From Cyanophora paradoxa CCMP329 (taxonomy: Eukaryota > Plantae > Glaucophyta), in assembly GCA_004431415.1 (NCBI GenBank), contig QPMI01000040.1, positions 248,001-312,000 on the forward strand: a DNA stretch of 64,000 nucleotides, in the 5' to 3' direction. A model generated the notes under the pieces. The model worked only from the letters and a program-made list of their open reading frames with translations, was not told where the DNA came from and made no database searches. Within the stretch, counting starts at the first letter, position 1, and each line of letters opens with the position of its first letter. Positions 21,401 to 32,210 of this stretch are shown one piece after another. Both the position numbers and the translations under genes were made by a program.

Positions 21401-24400
21401 TATACTTAACAGATTAAGCAGACAATAGGACTTCCTAGATAAGATTTTTTTGAAATTATAACATAGATTGGCGACGCACGACGTTGGCGGTGAGGGCGCG
21501 GCGGAGGGCCGCGTCGTTGTCGAGGCGGCCGACGATCTGGAAGAGGCTGTCGAAGAGCATCCGGACCTGGCCGGGCGGCGAGTTCGAAGCATCAGCCGAC
21601 GCCAACCGGCCCCGAACCCGATTTCACCGAGTCAAGATCGCGCACCATGCCGTACATTGCCGCCGCGATGCCGCCGATGGCGACGAGGCCGACGGCGATG
21701 CCGACGCCGAGCTGCTTGACCGCGCGCAGCTCGAGCACCTGGCGTGCGCCAGCCGCCCGGGACGGTTAGAGTTGATAAAGAACACCCAGTGCAAGCAAGT
21801 AGCCCGACAGAGTCTTAACTCTACCGCCACACCTTAACTCTAGCAGGGGTGGCGGAGGCGCTATGCGAGCTTCCGTTCTGGAAGCGGTGGCGTTCCCCGG
21901 GATTTAAGCGGGATTTAAAAAGCGGGATTTAAAAAGCGGGATTCAAAAACTCTAGATTCGACGGCGCGCAGCTCGAGCACCTGGCGCCGCTGCTCCTTCT
22001 CCTTCTTCGCCCGCTGGACGCCCGTGCTCGATCGGGACGATCCGGACGCGATGCTCCCTTCGTCGTGCTGCCGGCCCTGGCCGGCCGCGCTCGCGCCGTC
22101 GCCGATCGGTCGGCCGTTCGCGTCTGTTGCAACGTTGCCGTCCATTCGGGCGCGGCTGATCGCCTCGTGCTCTTCGATCTCGTCGGCCTGCCGCGCACAG
22201 TGCGCGCGCGCGTAGCCCGTCGGCAAGGTCGCTATGGCTACTTACGGAACGACTGCGAGTAATTCGAGCGGGTTACCTTGGTGAGCAGCTCCTGGGCCCG
22301 CTCGGTGTCGTTCTCGATGATCTGAAGGAAGCTGCCGTACGTGCGGAGGAGGATCTTGGAGGTCGGGTACTTGCCGAGGAGCGTCTCGTACAGCTCCGCC
22401 GCCTGCTTCCTTATTAGATTACTTAGATGTACTTAGATGAAACGGAGAATAGGACTTCCTAGATAAGAGTATACTTTTATTTGACTTCCTAGATAAGAAC
22501 ACAGAGACTCGCCTGCTTCCGCGGGAGCTCGATCCCGCGCAGCTGCTTGGAGAGGTCCCCCAGCGGGTGCCGCTTCTTCACCCGCTTCGCCAGCCCGCTC
22601 CAGAACACCTTGAGAACAGGAGAACTTCGGCATTAATAATGTTCACGATGTCCTAAACCGGCTCTCAACTTGAACATCTCAACTCTAAACCGGCTAGCAA
22701 TGAAGTTTTATTATGAACATTATGAAGATCTAGAGCTTATGTTAACACCTTGATCTGCCGCAGCGCCGCGTTGTGGTTCTCCTTCGCCCGGTCGTACAGC
22801 TGCCGAAACTGCGACCGGCGTCGGCGTCGGCGGACAAAGAGCTAGGCGATGCGTTTCAAATTGCAGACCTCGAGCACGTTGACTGCAGAAAGAGCGGAGA
22901 GGAAAACCAAAAGGATCAGAGGACGGCGATCGCTTCCAACGACACTGAGGCCATGTTACACGCGCGCACTGAAGTTGGAGCGGCCGCCGGTCTCGCCGTT
23001 GATGTTGTCCGCGTAGCTCCGGTGCTCCCACTCGAGCCGCTTCGAGGACAGGCGGTACCGCTCGTCGAGCGGGGGCCGCTTCGCCGCTGCCTGCTTGAGC
23101 TCGGCTGCAGGCGAGACCCGCGTCAGCTTTTAACGGTTGAGTGCAGACAAAAAGCTATAGAGCGTATGTACTGATGGCGCCGAGCGGGTTCTGCTGGTAG
23201 TACTGCACGAAGGTCGCGAAGTTGATGTGGACGTAGGAAGAGGCCGGGAATCGGATGATTCTGCAAACGAAGAAGCTGAGCTCAAGCTCAAGGGGCTTAA
23301 GAAGCTTGATTAAAGGAGGATTTAATTGAAGAAGCGTAAGCTTAATATAAGCTTAAGATGCGCAATCTAAGAACACGTGCACTGCAGCTGTATGTGCATC
23401 CTACTAGTTACATGAGAAGGGGCCGTATTACACGTACCCGCGGCGGTAGATGGTTTCGGCGCGGAACGACCGCCTCGCGAGCCCCGCATCCATGTCCTGC
23501 TCGCTCAGGGACGGCACGCGGCCGCCGGGTAGGCCCTCGTAGATGAAGCGCGTCTCCACCTCAACCTTGATATATATAAAAGGCCCCAAATCAGATCCTT
23601 CGATTACGAAATACATACAGATCTGGATCTGGTCCGAATGAAACAGCGCGCGCACCAGCGCCTCGATGAAGAAGCCGGAGGTGATCCCGAAGTAGCGCTG
23701 CAGGGCCGAGTTGCGGTGTATCTCGAACGCCTCGGCGTCGAGCAGCTCCGCGTGGCGGACGGCGCGCCGGATGAGCAGCCGGTACCGAAAGTCTGCGCCG
23801 GAAATCAAATATCGATTTCGTAGCTTACATATGATCGTAGCCTACAGCTACTCGACGCACGGCAGAGAGCCCACGATGCCCCGGCAAACACGATGGCTGC
23901 AGGGGCAGTAAATCCATGGGAATCAATATCGCCGAGTCGCAACCGAAAACGGCACGGCAAACGAACCGGCGATGAGGAGCGCGGTGCTCAGTACAACGCC
24001 AGCCCGCTCGTCGAGCAAGCTGAGCCACAGCGAAACGGCGGCGTAGAAAGACACGCAGGAAAAGAGAGCCGTTCGGTAGCAGTTCATGCGAGATGAGTAA
24101 TATGCTGGGCGAAGCTTTTCAGTTCAAAGACTAGAGAGCAATAGCAAGTTTTTTAATTCAACAACAAGTTTGCACTCACGCTGGAACCAGGTGACCAGGA
24201 CGCCATTGAGGGCAGCGATGGCGAGCACGAGGCCGTTTAGGGTCTTCGGATAGTAGTACAGGAAGCGGCCGGCAAACACGAGGCCGGTCTAGGGAAGGGA
24301 CCGGTCATGTCTCGACAGATGAGTGGGGGGAAGGGCGTCACCTGGCAGGCCACATAGAAGAAATTCAGTCGCCCGTGCGCGGATGCCTCTGCATGCGCAA

Positions 24401-25932
24401 ATGTTGGCCAGCGTGAGATTATATATATGTGACCGTGAGCTCGAGAAACGCAGCTCACCGATGTTGTTCGAAAGCGGATGGAAGTCGACGAAAACCAGCG
24501 ACACGAGAGACTGCGCCGAATGAATAGATTCACATGCAGCAAAACGTCTGGCGCAGCATGGGAGCTTCGCATTTGAATCGCACCCCGTACAGGATGAGAC
24601 TAACGATTTCGAGCGCAGCGATGCTGCCGTGCACAGCCCAAACCACGCTTTTAATCTGGAATGCCAATCGCGACCGCGAGCGAGAGAGCTTGTCAGACAG
24701 GGAAGGTGCCGTGCCTGCGCATTTAAGCGCCAACTGCAAAGATCTGTCGCACCTCGGAAGGCGCCGGGTCAAACCCCTCGTCTCCGGGCTCGAGGCCCAG
24801 CGTAAATGTCGATGTGAAGATCTGCGAGAAGATCGTGAGCCTTCATGGGTCTTCGCTCTGAAACGATTGACTCACTTGGAGGATAGAGATGTAGAGCGCA
24901 GATACGGCGACCTGCGCGCGCATGCGGCGGCAGATTGAGTCAGGAGAATATGTCCCGACTGCAGCTGATCATGACTGAATCGCGATCGTCTGGAATCGGT
25001 GGCCCATGGCCAGTGGAAAGCGGACCTTGGTAAGAAACCGCACCGCCCGAACGGCCGACGCAGCCACGCGCTGCTGGCGGATAGTGAACCACACCCAGCC
25101 GATTAGCACTGCGCGTCGAAAGCATGCGTCAAAGCCAAGCAGTGACGGCCCAGGGAAAGCAAGTGCACCGAAGATGAGCAAGACTAGCGCTGATGCCGCC
25201 CAAAACATTGCGAAGAACGAGTTGCGGAACAGGGCATCCTTGACCGCCTGGTACACTGCGGCGGGCCCAGGACGTCGGCACTTGTTGACGGGGCGGGGGC
25301 GGCGCGGGCCGGTCGACGTTCAGCACCGTTCGGCCCTCTCCGCATCGCATCGGTGAATTCTTGCGGCCAGCCCGTCGAGTTCACGAGGCCTGCCAGCTAT
25401 AGGCGGGATAAGATATATGCATCGACGCGGCCGAGACCGCAAAACGAATTCTTCTATCTGAATCTAGATCTGCGCAGGTGTTCCCTGCAGCTGTACCTGC
25501 AGCGCGTCGATGAAGATGAAGATCACGGGCAGAGCCCTGGTCTGAAAAAGCCCCGTCGACGCGTTGGAGCGATCCGCCTGTCAAGGATCGCGCGCGTCAG
25601 CGTTCCACGTTGCGGCGAGCACAAAAGAATGATCATGATCATGAGAGACGGGCCATGGCGAACAAGATGGAGAAGAGAACCTCCTCGTACTTGTTGGAGC
25701 GGAGCCCGTCGCTCTCCGCCCGCAGCATGGCCGAGGGCGCGGCGTTCAGCTGCTGGCGCGACGGGCCGCCACCCGCCTCGCTGTAGCCCGCGGCCGAGCT
25801 GTGCCTCGTCATCGACCTTTGCTGCAGCATCGAAGAAGCGCCAGCCGCGGCCCGGTCTGCCCCCACGTTCCCTGACTGCGAGATACGCTGACCTAGGCCT
25901 CCTGCCGCACGCGGCGCTGACTTGCTGGCCAT
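15468..25932 (-). CDS. Large multi-exon multipass membrane protein, TmcB/TmcC-like (N-terminal TM block, TPR-like helical region, further TM/extracellular modules); no PAS domain seen
   Basis: Probable start MASKSAPR (25932). Exons include NKYEEVLFSILFAMA and FFAMFWAASALVLLIFG. The TPR-like part reads FPASSYVHINFATFVQYY and AAELYETLLGKYPTSKILLRTYGSFLQIIENDTERAQELLTK|ADEIEE. Later TM segments are VKQLGVGIAVGLVAI and EVAIIAFTAIFVIRPAIRRV. The end reads FIFRPMLRRLSEECSRTSQ|FVHMIP...HGGHAHSS*. Family assignment is from recalled motif pattern, not a search. Confidence 0.7.
21899..21949 (+). repeat. Intronic tandem repeat of about 14 bp (gcgggatttaaaaa)
   Basis: gggatttaagcgggatttaaaaagcgggatttaaaaagcgggattcaaaaa. 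Confidence 0.85.
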
Positions 25933-27260
25933 GGGCGATCCGGCGGGGGCGCCTGCAGTGCCGGCCGCGGCGCGCGCGGCTGATAGCACTAGTACTGGTA
26001 CTGCAGCTGCTTCGCTCGGCGCTCGCACAGGCCTATAGCTAGGCACGCATGTGCAGAGGCTGCAAGCTTCAGTCTGGTAAGCTTAAGGCCGGGGCCGGGC
26101 CCGGGGAGCGCCGCGCCTGCAGCTGCCGGCGCCACGCGCACGTCACGCACGCGACCGCGGCCTGCCCCACGTACGTATACGGCAAGGCTAACTGCCTTCC
26201 TGCCAGGCTGCTGCGTGTAGCTGGAGGCAGTCACTGAGAGAACCTTCAGGAAGGGACTCTTGCCAAAGATGACCTGCTCAGCTCGGGAGTCAGCTGTTGG
26301 AGGAATCGCGTACGTTGCTGCTGCTGGGGCAGTTCTGCCGCGCCGCGCGCGGGGGGAGCTGCGCTGCTGAGCCTGCGCAGCCTGCACTGCTGGCCGCGCA
26401 CGGCGCAGCTGGCGATCCGCTTGCAGTTGGGCTTGTACCCGGTTCGAGGACCCGCGCCGCCCAAAGGGCCCCGCGCGCGCAGATCGGAGATCTAGATTCG
26501 GAGTTGGCGACTCGGAGCTCGAGTCGGCGAACTCGGCGCCGACCAGCTTGCAAATGCAATTGCTTTATACCCCCCGCCGCGCATGATTGATGCGGCATAT
26601 AGTTGCCAACTTGCCTCAACGCATTCGAGAAAAATACGAACATTCTCAAGTTCGACGATCCGGTGATCATACGCGTACCCAGTACCCAGCGCCGGGCCAT
26701 CGGGCCAGATCCGGATCCGGATCGGAGCGCTAGCGGCGCGCCGCGCCCGCGCGCCGGCGCCGGCGCGCAGGCGCCGTCGGAGGCCCGGAGGCCCGGCCCG
26801 GAGGCCTAGGCCCAGTAGATCCGATGATCTGCTGCGCATCATGCGGCATGCGCGCCGGGCTCCGGGAGCGCGCGCGCCGCTGCGCTGCATAATATTAATC
26901 CTGCACCATTGTGCTGCGATCATGTGCCGCAGCCGCAATAGTATACGATGAGACGAGCCCGACTGCCCACGCGCGCGGGTACTGTGCAGCAAGTCGACGC
27001 GTACGTCCTAGGCTGCAAACACGCTCGCACTCAGCTGTACCGTAGTACTCAGCTGCGCAGCAAGTCAAGCTATCGCGTCGGTCCTCCGTCTCTAGATCTT
27101 CTTCTTCTTCTACTACTGTACGATGCATATTCGCGCAGAGCAGCGAATAGGTAGATGAGAAGGGACCGTCGGACAGCGGAGGGCGGATGCAGAAGCAAAC
27201 TCTAGATCTGCACCAACAAACGAACGGGGACAAGAGGGGAGGGTCGGCAGCGGGCGCCGG

Positions 27261-27661
27261 TCATGGAGGAGTGGCGAGGGACCGTGGCCGGAGCGGCAGC
27301 GGCTCGGGAGAGGCAATCCCGGAGGGCGCCTCAGTCCCGCTGCCGCTGCGGCGGCGCGAGCGCGCGCGGAACGGCTTCCGGGCGCTCCCGTGCTGCTCGC
27401 GATCTGGGTCGTCCGGCGCCGGGGACGGGAGCGTGTTCAGGGCGGGGAGGACCCGGGGCCGGGTGCCGGCGGCGCCTGCTGCAGGGGGCGGGTGCGGGTG
27501 CGGCCGGACCGCCTGCGCGGGAGTGATCGGCTCCACGGTTCGTTCGGGGGGCTGGGGCGTACAGCGCGAACCGGCTCGTGGGGCAGGGAGAGGGCGCGGG
27601 CGACGGATGAGAGGAGGCGGGCGGCCTCGGCGCCCTCGGCGCGCAGCTGCGCGACCTGTTT

Positions 27662-27699
<38 letters not shown>

Positions 27700-30600
27700 C
27701 TTCGTCAGGGGCGACGCGGTATTTTACAAAAGAGACCTTTAACATAAGAGTGTTTATTAGAAACAATAACATCATTTGAAGCGATTCTATCACCCGGATA
27801 AAGTAAAGTAACATATAAAAGGGCGTCTATAAAGGCGCCCGCTCCGTCGGCTCAGACCGCACGGACCTGTTCGGACAGGGCCGCCTGCCGCGCAGCCACC
27901 TGCACCGAGGACCGGTCAGCGTTTCGGGCGGGGCGGGGCGGGGCGGGGCGGGGCGGGGCGCAGGACAGAGAGGGGGTACAGACCTCCGCGATCTCGTCGC
28001 GCGTCGCCTTGACCTGGGTCAGGTGAGCGGGCGGATGAAGCGCGCGGGTTCGGATTCGAACCTGCGCGGCGAGCGCCGCGGCGCGAATGCCGGCGGCCAT
28101 GGCGTTGTCTTCCGCCTCCTGCGTGAGAGGCTGAGAGGAGAGGCGGCGCCCTTTCAGATCAAATCCCATCGGACCTTGCGTGCGCGGTCCGTCGCCTGCT
28201 CCGCTTGCCCCTGGGCCACCTGCGGGGCCGGGGCCGGTCAGGAGAACGGGGGGGGGAAGCCGTGCGGGGGTACAGCACCTTCAAAGCCTTGTCGTGGGAC
28301 GCGACGAGCGCGTTCAGCTTCTCCTCGACTGAACGGATCGCGCCGTCCTGCGGGGGTACCGGGTTCAGTCCCGGTGGGGGTACAGGCGACCCGGAGGGGG
28401 TACGGTTCCACCTTCATGTTTTCCTGCGCGCCGCATCAGAGGCAGGGGGGGAAGATGGGTGGGGGGTACGCGCCTGCGCCTGGATGGAATCGCAGAACTC
28501 GTCCCAGCGCTGCTTCCGCTTCCGCGCGTTCTGCCACTGCGCCAGCGCCCGGAGCTCCAGCGCATCGAATCTGGACGGTAGAATTAAAATAAAAAATTAA
28601 TTTTCCGGGGGAAGCCCCTGAAAGGCACGGGCACAAACGCACCCGACGCGCTTCTTGGGACCCGTGTGGCCCTCCTGCCCCCGGCCCGGGCGTCAAGGGG
28701 GTACGGCATAGCGGAGGGGTACGCACGGCCGTGAGCTTGCGGTCGCGGTCCACTTTGCGGTCGTGCCACCGGAAGATGGCCTGAGGGGGGTACGCGCTCG
28801 AGACGAGGGGGTACAACCGCGACACAGGAGGGTTCGGGGGCCGGCGAGGGGTACCTGGATGCAGCGCGCGGCCGCGACGCGATACTCCGTCCTGCGGGTA
28901 CACAGATTAAACGTCGAAACCGTGGAAGGGGAACGAAAGTGGGGGGTACGTGCATGATCATGGCGCCCTTCATCGTGCGGACGATGCGCTCCTCTCCTGG
29001 GTGCAGGCGGGCCTGTTCGGGCGGGGGGGGGGGTACGCGACCGCCGCTCAGAGGGGCGCGGCGGGGGGGCTCGAGGGGCTCTAGAAGCGCCTCTAGGTCC
29101 CGGGCTCCAGGCAAAGCCAAGCCTAGCCCAGCCTGGCCTGGCCTAGCGTGGCCTTGCCTTGCCTAGCTGAGCGGGGCGGGGCGGGGCGGGCGCGCCTTGT
29201 CGATCATGACGGTAGTGGCGGTGGCCGTCAGGACGAGCCCGCACAGGATCGCCGTCGCGATCACCACGCGCCCCTGCCGGGGAGAGGGTGAGGATGGGGG
29301 TGGGTGGGGGGGGGGGGGGGGGGGATGGAGGGTGGCGGATGGAGGAGGCGGGGGGAAGAAAGAGGGAGGAGCGTAGAGAGGGGTTGTGGGGGCTAGCTCG
29401 CACCGGGTACGTGTTCGGGTAGATGTCTTGCCGGCGGGGAAGGAAGGAGGGGGGGGGGGGGGCGAAGTCAGGGGCGCGGGGCTCGTGAGTCCGGGGTACG
29501 CGATAGAGCACCTCCGAACCCGACGGTCGTCATCCCTATGAACAGGTTCCACAGTGCCTTCGAGAGGCCATCTGGGCGGGGTACGGTGATTTCAGGCGTG
29601 GAGGGGGTGGATGGGGGGTGGATGGGGGTGCGCGGCTCCGCGGGCCACAGGAAAGCGGCGCACAGTGGGGGTCGTAGGCCCGCTCGAAGATGAGGAGGGC
29701 GTCTGCGGGTGTATAGTCGAGTGGGGTCAGGAGGTACGGTTGAGGGGTGGGGGTACGGGTCGGGGCGCACAGGAGGAGACGCAGAGGACGGCGAGGAAGG
29801 ATACGACGAGGGTGCGCAGGGGGTACAGCGCGATGTACGCCCGCATCGCCAGGCTGGTGGGGGCGGGGGAGAGGGCGCGGTCAGGCCGGGCTGGGGCGCG
29901 GTTGCGGGCGCGGGCGGGGTAAGCTTTAGGCTGCTTTGGAGAGAAAGGGGACGGGAAGAAAGGGGCCCCGGCAGGATTCGATGGTAAAGAAAGGGCGGAA
30001 AAGTGCCCCGGGCGGACCTGAAGTCGGGCGAGATGCCGTTGGCGCGCGAGAGGGCCCGCCCGTGGCCGCGGAAGATCACGCTGGGCCCCGAAGGGAGGCG
30101 ACGTCAGCCACGCAGGGGCACGGGACGCCGCTTCTAGAGTCCACTTCTCTCCGCCCCACCCCTCTCCAGCCAGGCCAGCCTGGAGTAGAAGGTCTTCCTT
30201 CCGCCCCGGCAAGCCCGGGCGAGCGGACCTGTGGTCGCGGGCGCTCTTGAGGAGGACGTAAAGGCGCAGGAAGGTCAGCAGCGCCAGCGCCCCCTCCGAG
30301 TGCCGGTACTCCCTCTCCTCGACTTTTCGGGGGGGGGGGGGGGGGGGGGAGAAGGTGGTGAGGGGGTACGGGATTTCTCGGGCGCGGGGAGCGGGGCGGG
30401 GCGAGGGGGGTACTGCGCACAGGCTTCGTCGACGGGGAAGGAGAACTCGACCTTGGGGGGAAGGTGCAGGCAGACCTGCGGGGCGGCCGGTCAGCCCAAA
30501 GCGCAGCCGGGCGCGGGCGTGGACGCGGGCGTTGTTTCTGTTCAGCTACCGCGCGCCCGACGGGCTTCGTCTTTAGCTTCGGATTCGGCTACGCGGGGGG

Positions 30601-32038
30601 GCTTTGCGAGCCGGGGCGGGGGACGGGGGGTTCTCGTGCACCACGAGGCACTCGAAGAGGAGGGGGGGGATGAGACCCGCCGTGAAGAGGTTCTCTGGGG
30701 GGGGAGTAAGAGACGGGGAGGGGAGGGGAGGGGAAGGGGTACAGGGGCGCGCCGTGGACGAGGAATCGGTTCACGAGCTTCATTTGAGCGAGGCGGGTGC
30801 GGTACAGGCGGGCGAGAAGAAGACCTGCGGTGGTACTTGAATTCAAAGGCCAAGGGGGGGTGGGGATTTCGGGCGGGGCGTACACATGAGGCCGCATATG
30901 CCAGTGACGCACGAGCGTATGACGATGCTACCCACCGCCTGCGCCTGCTGGGGGTACAACTCGACCTGCCGGGGTACGAGATGTCCCGGTGGCAGATGGG
31001 GCCACCGAGCGGGGGGTACGCACGTCGAGGATGGCCAGCGCCACGCTCGCGATCGCGAGGAACGACATCAAATCGTTGAGCTGAGGGATACGCCGTTTAG
31101 AGGAAAGGTGAATACGCCATCCGTTTTCGCCGCACGAACCTGGATCTTCTGCTCGTTGAGGGATACCTCCTTCTCCAGCTGTGGAAGGGGGACCCGGCCC
31201 GTCAGGAGCTCGGATCGAACCCGGATTTGATCCGGATCGAATCTCACCTGGAAGCTGGCGCCTGGGGCCAGGGACTCGACCAGGCGGAAGAGGCGACTCT
31301 TGGCAGCGGTCCTGGGTACAGAAAACGGCGTGAGTCACGGCAGGGGGGCGAAGCACTCCGGCGGGGCGTACCCCGCGTGCTCCAGGATCTCCACGCTGGA
31401 GGAAGACGTGATCCGCCGCTTCTTGCGCGCGCCCTTCCATCTGCGAGGATCGAATTCGGCGCGGACCGGGCCACGCCACATCCGATCGGATCAGATCGAT
31501 CGCACCCGTCCGATTGGCCCACATCGCCGTGCTCCTGCTTTGCCTTGGGGTCCTTTTCGCGCCTGAAGCCGTTCTTGACCGCGAGGGCCGTGGCCACGGC
31601 CGCACCGAAGAAAGCGCCACCGCTGCGCAAGCCGGTCAGGTCAAACCCGCGCCGGCGTCGGCGGGAGCGGAGGCGCAGACGCACGTGGTGCTGCGCGGGA
31701 GATTGGGCCGCGCCTCTGCGTTCATCTCCTGCAGCGTGGAGCTGCCGCGCGTTGGCGCGCGGGCGGGTCTCAGCGCGCTCCGACTCCAGGCGAGAAGAGA
31801 GCGGGGAGGCGGCGGACCTCTTTCCCATGTTCCGCAGCTTCTCGCGGATCGCGAGGAGCGAGCCGCGTCGCTCCTGGTTCGGCCGGGGCGCATTGGAGCC
31901 CTCGGACGCCACCGCCGTCAAGTTCGGCGACAGCCGCCCGCTGCTCTCCTCGCTCTCGCCGTCCGTGTCCTGGTCCGACATCGTCGCGCCCTTCCTAGCT
32001 ACGACATGCTGCTCGTCGTGGTGGACCCTGCTCCCCAT
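27261..32038 (-). CDS. KCNN: Small-conductance Ca2+/calmodulin-activated (SK/KCNN-like) potassium channel, multi-exon
   Basis: S1 LNDLMSFLAIASVALAILD; S4 LALLTFLRLYVLLK; S5 YPLRTLVVSFLAVLCVSS. Pore ALWNLFIGMTTVGFG|DIYPNTYP|GRVVIATAILCGLVLTATATTVMI matches the SK-type TxGYGDxxPxTxxGR pattern. Followed by LHPGEERIV, an IQ-like RVAAARCIQ|AIFRWH and a C-terminal coiled coil. Confidence 0.85.
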
Positions 32039-32210
32039 CTAACGCCCGGAGTTCACAGCCGGGGCAGGGCCGGGGCTCGTAGGCAGCCCACTCTCAGATA
32101 CAGCTACTACAAATGCCGGATCGCGGCTCGCTGGGCGCGCCTCTCCGCCTAACCGTCGGGCGCGCGGCGGCTCCCCCGTTGCGACACAGCGACGGTGGGG
32201 CGACAGCGCA

